NCBI GenBank assembly: GCA_002314725.1
Contig: DCGV01000093.1
Span: 5,144 to 64,351, forward strand
Length of the DNA stretch: 59,208 bases
Direction of reading: 5' to 3'
Origin: Bacteroidales bacterium UBA1769
Lineage (GTDB): Bacteria; Bacteroidota; Bacteroidia; Bacteroidales; UBA932
Shown: positions 52,484 through 59,208 of the stretch, one piece after another
Numbering within the stretch: position 1 is the first letter of the stretch
Layout: every line of letters begins with the position of its first letter
Notes under the pieces: model-generated
Seen by the model: only the letters and a program-made list of their open reading frames with translations
The model's database searches: none
What the model was told of the DNA's origin: nothing
Made by a program: the position numbers and the translations under genes

Positions 52484-52552
52484 ATTTAAAATATTATTTC
52501 TTCGAGACGCATTTACGAAGGAAGAGCGTCTCTCATAAATAATATTTTAAAT
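52484..52552. terminator. compound hairpin (family A, copy 2) downstream of the DPP-IV gene
   Basis: Outer 16-bp stem (52484-52499 / 52537-52552), a 4x4 internal loop and an inner stem gagacgc/gcgtctc. The 15-nt loop atttacgaaggaaga is identical to copy 1. Confidence 0.7.
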
Positions 52553-52553
52553 T

Positions 52554-52609
52554 GAAGAGCTAAGAGCTAAGAGTTAAGAGTCTAGAGTTAAGAGTCTAGA
52601 GTTGAGAGA
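52554..52609 (+). repeat. array of 8 degenerate heptamers (gaagagc taagagc taagagt taagagt ctagagt taagagt ctagagt tgagaga)
   Basis: Strict 7-nt phasing of the AGAG core, read directly from the sequence. Confidence 0.85.
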
Positions 52610-52610
52610 G

Positions 52611-52672
52611 ACAATAAATACCCTTTTAAGACGCTTAACATAACCCTTGCGTCATAAAAGGGTATTTATTGT
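52611..52672. other. 24-bp hairpin (family B, copy 2), 23/24 paired
   Basis: Arm 52611-52634 pairs with 52649-52672. The loop ttaacataaccctt and the core aagacgcttaac[a/c]taacccttgcgtc are shared with copy 1 at 24401. Confidence 0.7.
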
Positions 52673-52717
52673 TATGAACAAAGTCATGAATCAAGTTGTG
52701 AGTTTATATTAGTATTG

Positions 52718-52749
52718 TTTGGAAAACAAAGCAATTATTTATATATTTG
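52718..52749 (+). promoter_or_regulatory. Bacteroidota-type promoter of tRNA-Arg
   Basis: -33 TTTG at 52718-52721 and -7 TATATTTG at 52742-52749. The 20-nt spacing fits both consensus elements, and the tRNA 5' end lies 18 nt downstream. Confidence 0.55.
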
Positions 52750-52766
52750 CAACCCCATAAGGGAAT

Positions 52767-52840
52767 GGTTCGGTAGCTCAGCTGGATAGAGCAACAGCCT
52801 TCTAAGCTGTGGGTCAAGGGTTCGAATCCCTTCCGAATCA
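52767..52840 (+). tRNA. tRNA-Arg (anticodon TCT, reads AGA)
   Basis: Hand-folded cloverleaf. Acceptor GGTTCGG/CCGAATC with a G2-U71 pair. D arm GCTC-AGCTGGATA-GAGC. Anticodon arm ACAGC-CTTCTAA-GCTGT. Variable loop GGGTC. T arm AAGGG-TTCGAAT-CCCTT. Discriminator A. No encoded CCA. Confidence 0.92.
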
Positions 52841-52841
52841 C

Positions 52842-52872
52842 AAAGGGTTGTCCATATAGGACAACCCTTTTT
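52842..52872 (+). terminator. terminator hairpin after tRNA-Arg
   Basis: 12-bp perfect stem aaagggttgtcc / ggacaacccttt with loop atata, followed by a T-rich tail. Confidence 0.7.
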
Positions 52873-52880
52873 GTGATTTA

Positions 52881-52971
52881 CTCTAGACTCTCATCTCTCA
52901 TCTCTTATCTCTTATCTCTTAACTCTTATCTCTTAACTCTCAACTCTAGACTCTAGACTCTTACCTCTCAA
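52881..52971 (-). repeat. array of 13 degenerate heptamers (CTCTNNN on the plus strand), inverted relative to the array at 52554-52609
   Basis: The plus strand reads ctctaga ctctcat ctctcat ctcttat ctcttat ctcttaa ctcttat ctcttaa ctctcaa ctctaga ctctaga ctcttac ctctcaa. The array runs into the stop codon of the DMT transporter gene. Confidence 0.85.
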
Positions 52972-53906
52972 CTAAAAAACAACCCAATCCCCACCATCGA
53001 TACAACAGTTCCGATAACCTCCCTGGCAGAGACCTTCTGATGATAGATAATAGAGTATGGCACAATGATCAAAACAGGAGTTAGCGCCATAATAGTGGAG
53101 GCGATGCCAGCTTCAGCATATTGAACAGCCATAAGTGAAAGCGAAACCCCGAGGAAAGGACCGAAAAAAGTAGTTAACGCAGTGAAAGTCATACCTTTCT
53201 TATCAGTAACCGCCTTCTTCAATGTACCTAATGTTCCAAGTATCGCTTTAATAATAATGAATCCTATCAATGCGAAAACTGCACGGATGAAAGTACCTGC
53301 AAACGGTACCATTGTAATCGCAATCTCAGAAGCATCAGATGGTAAACATAAAGCGTACTTCTCCAAACCTATCTTACTCAGCACCAATCCCAAACCTTGA
53401 CCGACACCTGCCCCTATCCCGAAAAGAACTCCTTTGACAGGCAATTTTATCTTCAATCCATGCTCATTCTTACCCTTCTTCGCCAAAATGGTCAAAGCAA
53501 TGCCGGACAATGTCACCGCCATAGCAAGCCATGCATGGGCAGAGAGTCTTTCACCGAGAAACAGCCATCCTGCTACACCTGCAACAGGGGGAGCCAAAGT
53601 CATAAATAATTGACCATATCTTGAACCAATTATCATGTAGGCATTGAAGAGGCAGAAATCCCCGAATACATACCCTACTAAACCGGAAACAGCCAACCAA
53701 AACCATGTACTGCTATCTGCATACGAAGGAACTGGAGAACCGACAGTGCACCACAAAGTAACAGAGAGCATTACCAGAGACAATGTCATTCTGAAGATAT
53801 TGAGCGTTAGTGCACCGAACCTTTTACTTGCAACCTCAGCGAAAAGTGCAGTTGCTGTCCAGGAGAAGGCGACAAATAGTGAAATTATCTCACCAGTGTA
53901 TTGCAT
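52968..53906 (-). CDS. DMT-superfamily (EamA) transporter
   Basis: 312 aa with a 10-TM-like profile and a duplicated EamA-like halves pattern. Confidence 0.82.
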   Translation of the reverse strand: MQYTGEIISLFVAFSWTATALFAEVASKRFGALTLNIFRMTLSLVMLSVTLWCTVGSPVPSYADSSTWFWLAVSGLVGYVFGDFCLFNAYMIIGSRYGQLFMTLAPPVAGVAGWLFLGERLSAHAWLAMAVTLSGIALTILAKKGKNEHGLKIKLPVKGVLFGIGAGVGQGLGLVLSKIGLEKYALCLPSDASEIAITMVPFAGTFIRAVFALIGFIIIKAILGTLGTLKKAVTDKKGMTFTALTTFFGPFLGVSLSLMAVQYAEAGIASTIMALTPVLIIVPYSIIYHQKVSAREVIGTVVSMVGIGLFFS

Positions 53907-53912
53907 TCTCTT

Positions 53913-56900
53913 CTATTTGTGTTCTACACACCAATTCTTAGCAGCCTTGAACATCTCAATCCATGGAGATACTACATCTCCCTTATGAGATGCCGGATAG
54001 TATGGCCAGTTCCATGGACGCAGACATCTCTCAGGATGTGGCATCATTGCCAAATGACGGCCATCTTTACTACATACACCAGCAACACCTTCAGGAGATC
54101 CATTAGGATTGGCAGGATACTCTACATAGTTATACTTCATGGCAACTTGGTATTGATCCAGAGATTTAGGGAATGAGAATTTCCCCTCTCCGTGAGCTAC
54201 CCATACGCCGAGTTTGGAACCTTGTAACGGCTTCAACATAATAGAATTTGATTCTGGGAAATTGACTCCAACGAAGCAACTCTCGAATTTGTGGCTATCA
54301 TTGTGTTTCAGTTTAGGAGAGTTATCTCTATCTTCAGGCGTAATAAAGCCTAGTTCGCCCATAAGTTGGCAACCATTGCAAACGCCAAGACTCATTGTGT
54401 CATTTCTATTGTAGAAATCCTCGATGGCTCTCTTCGCTTTTTGATTGTAGAGGAACGCACCTGCCCAACCCTTTGCAGATCCTAATGTATCTGAATTAGA
54501 GAAACCTCCTACAAAGACCACCATTTGAACATCTTTCAAATCCTCTCTACCGGAAATCAGGTCTGTCATATGGACATCCTTAACTTTAAATCCAGCCATA
54601 AACAATGACCAAGCCATCTCTCTATCACCATTGGAACCCTGTTCACGTATAATCGCAGCAACTGGTTGATTAATACAATCAACGACTCCTCCATAACTCT
54701 GAGGGAATTTATACTCAAGTGGTTGTTTCTTATAGTTATTGAATCTTTCGTAAGCTTTTTCCTCACCGGATTGCATTCTATCCAGAAGGTATGATGTCTT
54801 ATACCATACATCTCTCATCTTATCAATATCAAGATTCAATTCACAATGATCCAGTTTGATATCGAGTTTACGTTCCTCTTGCCACTCACCGATCTCATAG
54901 AATACAACACCGGATTTCTTCAGTTCATGAAGAGCATTACCGCTGTTGACCTGAAGTATGACACCAGGGTTTTCGCAGAATAGAAGATCACTCGATGCAA
55001 ATGACAAATCAATATATAAACCACCCTTTGTATTAGGGAAATTAACTTCAAGCAGAGAAGTAATCAAACCACCGGCAGAGATATCATGACCAGCAATTAC
55101 CAAATCTTCCTTAATCAATTTTTGTACTGCATTGAAACATTTGGCGAAATAATCAGGGTCAGATACATCTACAGTTTTCTCACCTAACTGTTTTGATACC
55201 TGAGCATATGCAGAGCCACCAAGATAATAGTGTTGGTCTTTTGTAAAAGGAATATAAATAACATCACTCCTCTTCTGGGCAAATGCAGTATGAACTATCT
55301 TATTGACATCTGATACCTCACCAACTGTAGATACTATCAATGTACCAGGAGCAAGAACCTTCTGACCATCAGGATACTTCTGAGTCATGGACATGGAGTC
55401 TTTTCCGGTTGGAATGTTAATCCCAAGGGCAATTGCGAAATCACTCGCAGCCTTGACAGCACTGTACAGACGGGCATCTTCACCAGCATTCCTTGTAGGC
55501 CACATCCAGTTAGCACTCAAACTAACACTGCGCAATTCATCTGTCAAAGGAGCCCAAACCAAATTGGTCAATGCCTCTGCTATTGATATTCTGGATCCGG
55601 CTGCTGGATCAATCAAAGCAACAGATGGAGCATGTCCAACTGATGTCGCTATTCCCTCTTTATCATCATATCCAATAGCTGTAACTCCGACATTGTTCAG
55701 TGGCAATTGGATTTCGCCACAGCATTGTTGGCAAGCAATCATTCCGGTAACCGAACGATCCACTTTATTAGTCAACCAATCTTTACAAGCTACTGATTCC
55801 AATTGAAGCATCTTCTCTATAATCTTTTCAAGTTCTATAGCCTTTTTAGACAGGGTATTATCTACAAAATTATAGTGATGAGTTACACTCTTATCCTCCA
55901 TAATAGTCTTTGGGGTAGAACCGAGCATATCTTCAATATTCAAATCTATAGGCGCTTCCCCACTCTTCTCATTCTTCAATGTGAAATTATGTTTTCCAGT
56001 TGTAACACCTATCTCATAGAATGGAGCTCGTTCACGTTCTGCAATTCGCCTCAATTCATCCACATCTTCTTTTTTCATCACAAGTCCCATTCTCTCCTGG
56101 GATTCATTTCCGATAATCTCTTTTGCGGATAGAGTAGGATCTCCAATAGGCAATTTGCTTATATCGATATTACCACCAGTCTCTTCGACAAGTTCAGACA
56201 AGCAGTTAAGGTGACCACCAGCTCCGTGGTCATGAACTGAAATGATAGTATTTGTATCTTTTTCTGAAATTGAACGAATAGCATTATATGCACGTTTCTG
56301 CATCTCCGGATTAGAGCGCTGAACAGCATTTAGTTCAATAGCGTTTGCATATTCTCCTGTTGCTACGGAAGAGACAGCACCACCGCCCATACCGATGCGA
56401 TAATTATCGCCACCAAGAAGGACAACTGAATCACCTACAGTAGGAGTCTCTTTCAATGAATCCTTGCGTTTCGCATATCCGACACCACCAGCCATCATAA
56501 TTACCTTATCATAACCATATCGATCCTCCCCTTTTTCTTCATGTTCGAATGTTAGAAGTGAACCGGAAATAACAGGCTGACCAAATTTGTTTCCGAAATC
56601 AGAAGCGCCATTTGATGCCTTGATTAAAATCTCCTGAGGAGTCTGATACAGCCACTTTCTATCTGGAGTATCCTCCCAATCCCTATCAGCAGCCCATGGA
56701 CACACTGTCAATTTCTCCTCTTTAGTAAAACGTGGATATGATGTCATATAGACAGCAGTACCGGCTATTGGGAAAGAGCCCTTTCCACCAGCTATTCTAT
56801 CTCTGATCTCACCGCCAGAGCCAGTTGCAGCGCCATTGAAAGGCTCAACTGTAGTAGGGAAATTGTGTGTCTCAGCTTTTAAAGAGATAACGGTTTCCAC

Positions 56901-57611
56901 CTTGCTCTGTTTAAAGAAATCCGGCTTGTCACCTGAAGCTGGATGGAACATCTTGACAAGAGGCCCGTCTATGAATGCACAGTTATCTTTATATGCAGAT
57001 ACGATATGGTTTGGATTTGTTTCTGATGTCTTTTTTATCAATTTAAAAAGTGATGATGGCTTTGCTTCACCATCAATGATAAAGGTTCCATTGAATATCT
57101 TATGACGGCAATGTTCCGAATTGACCTGGGAGAAACCGAACACTTCAGAATCTGTCAAAGGTCTTCCCAGTTTAGCACTCAGATTCTCCAGATATTTGAT
57201 CTCATCATCTGACAGAGCTAGCCCTTCCTGTTTGTTATACTCGACGAAATTAGTGATATGAGCAATTGGATCAGGTTGTTTTTCAATAGTAAAAACATCT
57301 TGTCCTATACCATTGTACAGTCTTAGAAGCATCTTGTCAAATTCCACCTTATCAGTTGGGACAGGGGTAAACTCCTCAATACGAACTATGCCCTCAATAT
57401 TCATATTTTTGGTAATCTCTGTCGCATTAGTACTCCATGGAGTCAGCATCTCCCTTCTCGGTCCAACAAAGAAACCTTTAAGTTCCTCTGCTTCCAGAAG
57501 TTCCGCTCCACAGAAGAGCCATTTCAAAGCACAGATATCCTCTTTTGACAATTCAGTGTTCGTTTGTAGCGCAATAATTTGATCTTCTTGAGTTTGAAAA
57601 AAGATTACCAT
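53913..57611 (-). CDS. purL: phosphoribosylformylglycinamidine synthase (single-chain large PurL)
   Basis: 1232 aa. Has the FGAM synthetase core and a C-terminal glutaminase domain with GVCNGCQ. Confidence 0.96.
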   Translation of the reverse strand: MVIFFQTQEDQIIALQTNTELSKEDICALKWLFCGAELLEAEELKGFFVGPRREMLTPWSTNATEITKNMNIEGIVRIEEFTPVPTDKVEFDKMLLRLYNGIGQDVFTIEKQPDPIAHITNFVEYNKQEGLALSDDEIKYLENLSAKLGRPLTDSEVFGFSQVNSEHCRHKIFNGTFIIDGEAKPSSLFKLIKKTSETNPNHIVSAYKDNCAFIDGPLVKMFHPASGDKPDFFKQSKVETVISLKAETHNFPTTVEPFNGAATGSGGEIRDRIAGGKGSFPIAGTAVYMTSYPRFTKEEKLTVCPWAADRDWEDTPDRKWLYQTPQEILIKASNGASDFGNKFGQPVISGSLLTFEHEEKGEDRYGYDKVIMMAGGVGYAKRKDSLKETPTVGDSVVLLGGDNYRIGMGGGAVSSVATGEYANAIELNAVQRSNPEMQKRAYNAIRSISEKDTNTIISVHDHGAGGHLNCLSELVEETGGNIDISKLPIGDPTLSAKEIIGNESQERMGLVMKKEDVDELRRIAERERAPFYEIGVTTGKHNFTLKNEKSGEAPIDLNIEDMLGSTPKTIMEDKSVTHHYNFVDNTLSKKAIELEKIIEKMLQLESVACKDWLTNKVDRSVTGMIACQQCCGEIQLPLNNVGVTAIGYDDKEGIATSVGHAPSVALIDPAAGSRISIAEALTNLVWAPLTDELRSVSLSANWMWPTRNAGEDARLYSAVKAASDFAIALGINIPTGKDSMSMTQKYPDGQKVLAPGTLIVSTVGEVSDVNKIVHTAFAQKRSDVIYIPFTKDQHYYLGGSAYAQVSKQLGEKTVDVSDPDYFAKCFNAVQKLIKEDLVIAGHDISAGGLITSLLEVNFPNTKGGLYIDLSFASSDLLFCENPGVILQVNSGNALHELKKSGVVFYEIGEWQEERKLDIKLDHCELNLDIDKMRDVWYKTSYLLDRMQSGEEKAYERFNNYKKQPLEYKFPQSYGGVVDCINQPVAAIIREQGSNGDREMAWSLFMAGFKVKDVHMTDLISGREDLKDVQMVVFVGGFSNSDTLGSAKGWAGAFLYNQKAKRAIEDFYNRNDTMSLGVCNGCQLMGELGFITPEDRDNSPKLKHNDSHKFESCFVGVNFPESNSIMLKPLQGSKLGVWVAHGEGKFSFPKSLDQYQVAMKYNYVEYPANPNGSPEGVAGVCSKDGRHLAMMPHPERCLRPWNWPYYPASHKGDVVSPWIEMFKAAKNWCVEHK

Positions 57612-57728
57612 AATCAGAAACGTTTATTTTTAACAAAGTTCTACTATAAGGAGTTTGCTGCAAAAATACTAAAGTAATTGCAGAAGATTGGGATATTTTG
57701 ACCAATTTTGTGGACAATTTTTGAACAA

Positions 57729-59000
57729 ATGGCAATGTACGAAGAACAACTTGAATGGTTATTCAATAGATTCCCATCATATCAGAAAGTAGGTAAGAAT
57801 GCTTACAAACCAGGAACAGGGACTATGACCGCTTTTGACGATCTTCAAGGGAATCCTCATCATAGTTTCAAAAGCATTCATATCGCTGGCACAAATGGGA
57901 AAGGATCAACCTCACATATGCTGGCTGCAGCACTAGCTGCTAACGGTCTGAGAGTAGGTCTCTATACATCTCCACACCTTCTTGACTTCAGAGAGCGTAT
58001 CAGAATCATAGAAAAAAGGTCATTCAGATATGTAGAAAAGGAATTCGTATCAGATTTCATAGAGAGATATCAACCATTCTTCGAGCAATTCAGCCCATCA
58101 TTCTTTGAGATAACCACAGCTATGGCATTTGAATATTTCAAAAAAGAGTGTGTGGATATTGCCGTTATTGAGACAGGACTTGGCGGAAGGCTTGATTCAA
58201 CCAACATAATCACACCTGTTTTGAGCATCATTACAAACATAGGTCTCGAACATTGTGAACATTTAGGCAATACACTTGCAGAGATAGCTTATGAGAAGGC
58301 TGGAATTATCAAACATAACGTTCCAACCATTATTGGAGAGACAACTCCAGAGACAAAACCAGTATTTATTTCCAAAGCGGCTTCAGAGCAATCTGAAATA
58401 ACCTTTGCCGAAGAGTGCTCCTATGATATTGGAGTTTCAATAAATGAGTTGGACCTTAAAGGTGATTACCAAAGAAGGAATTTAAGAACATTAAGTGCAG
58501 CCATTAATAAGTTATCCTCAATAGGCATACTTGAGATAAATGACACTCTACGTCATTCAGTATGTAATGCTGCCTCAATAACAGGTCTACGAGGTCGTTG
58601 GGAAACACTTCAAAAAGGTAACGGAAAACCAACAGTCATCTGCGATACTGGGCATAATGCACATGGTTTCAGGTGGATACGCGAGCAGATTGACAAGATA
58701 TCCTGTGATTATGATCAGATATTTTTCATCTTAGGAGTAGTATCTGATAAAGATGTCGCTGCCATAGCTCATCTACTTCCTCACGATGTATCATTCATCT
58801 TTACTCAGGCCAATAGTCCTAGAGCGATGAAGGCACTAGATCTAGCCAAATTCCTTGATGACTATGACATCCACGGACAGATAACAGACTCCGTTAAAGA
58901 GGCCCTCCATTCAGCCAATTCACAAGCATCAGAAGAGGATCTGATATTCGTATGTGGAAGCAATTTCGTTATTGCGGAATTATTGCAGTTATTCGACTGA
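57729..59000 (+). CDS. folC: bifunctional folylpolyglutamate synthase / dihydrofolate synthase
   Basis: Mur-ligase P-loop GTNGKGST. ORF track start TTG 57708; ATG 57729 (MAMYEEQLEWL) is preferred. Confidence 0.9.
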   Translation: MAMYEEQLEWLFNRFPSYQKVGKNAYKPGTGTMTAFDDLQGNPHHSFKSIHIAGTNGKGSTSHMLAAALAANGLRVGLYTSPHLLDFRERIRIIEKRSFRYVEKEFVSDFIERYQPFFEQFSPSFFEITTAMAFEYFKKECVDIAVIETGLGGRLDSTNIITPVLSIITNIGLEHCEHLGNTLAEIAYEKAGIIKHNVPTIIGETTPETKPVFISKAASEQSEITFAEECSYDIGVSINELDLKGDYQRRNLRTLSAAINKLSSIGILEINDTLRHSVCNAASITGLRGRWETLQKGNGKPTVICDTGHNAHGFRWIREQIDKISCDYDQIFFILGVVSDKDVAAIAHLLPHDVSFIFTQANSPRAMKALDLAKFLDDYDIHGQITDSVKEALHSANSQASEEDLIFVCGSNFVIAELLQLFD

Positions 59001-59035
59001 TAGAATCGGTCCCAGTTGATACAGGACAATCATTT

Positions 59036-59066
59036 TTTGAAATTTCGAGTTTTTCTACTAACTTTG
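59036..59066 (+). promoter_or_regulatory. candidate promoter at the window edge
   Basis: -33 TTTG at 59036-59039 and -7 TAACTTTG at 59059-59066, with 19-nt spacing. Downstream are stable hairpins but no ORF of 60 aa or more. Confidence 0.4.
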
Positions 59067-59208
59067 CAGTTTCGCTATGTCGCTAACGGCTATGGCGTTA
59101 TTGACTTAGATAATTCAACTTTCGCAAGTGCGAAAGTTACCCTATATAGAGGCCGTTAGGCCGTAGGAAAAGTCCCTTCCCTCGGGAAGGGATTTAGGGA
59201 TGGGGTCA

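Noticed and set aside
52591-52954. Invertible promoter switch (inverton) defined by the 18-bp inverted repeats
   Set aside because: Not adopted as the primary interpretation. The enclosed segment is a self-contained promoter-tRNA-terminator unit, so inversion would not obviously switch any neighbouring gene, since both neighbours are convergent 3' ends. No recombinase gene is in the window. It is retained only as one testable option in the finding.
52554-52971. Possible CRISPR array, because of the regularly spaced short repeats
   Set aside because: The units are contiguous 7-nt repeats with no spacers and there are no cas genes in the window. The period and architecture are incompatible with CRISPR.
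59170-59208. Possible start of RNase P RNA (aggaaaagtccc resembles the GGAAAGUCC P4 element) or of tmRNA (window ends ggggtca)
   Set aside because: The matches are a few nucleotides long and imperfect, and the rest of either RNA would lie outside the window. This is not supportable from the sequence.

Overview
AT-rich, gene-dense chromosomal segment with hallmarks of a Bacteroidales (Bacteroidota) genome: TAnnTTTG -7 promoter boxes, many lipoprotein signals, a TonB-dependent receptor/DUF4249 pair, a BACON domain, type III glutamine synthetase, PPi-type phosphofructokinase and single-chain PurL. I call 43 protein-coding genes plus one candidate leader peptide and one tRNA-Arg(UCU). Most are housekeeping: glnN, menA, ligA, relA/spoT, ispG, thrBC, carAB, purL, folC, rfbB and pfp. 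I see no transposase, integrase, CRISPR array, prophage or recognisable defence system, so this is core genome rather than an accessory island. The non-routine signals are: (1) a 30-codon ORF with 7 Thr in 9 codons, its own -7 box and alternative hairpins directly upstream of thrB-thrC, a candidate Thr attenuator. (2) Two families of long intergenic hairpins whose cores and loops are near-identical between distant copies while the outer stems differ but stay complementary. (3) A 500-bp intergenic locus where tRNA-Arg is bracketed by inverted arrays of 7-nt repeats, including an 18-bp perfect inverted repeat, with a 13-nt direct repeat around one hairpin. (4) A FeoB-like permease with a destroyed P-loop and an N-terminal CX3CX2CX3C motif. 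(5) A CarA whose catalytic-triad His position reads Tyr. (6) An uncharacterised surface locus of hydrolase lipoprotein, TonB-dependent receptor, DUF4249 and lipoprotein. All functional calls rest on motif and family recognition by eye; no searches were run.
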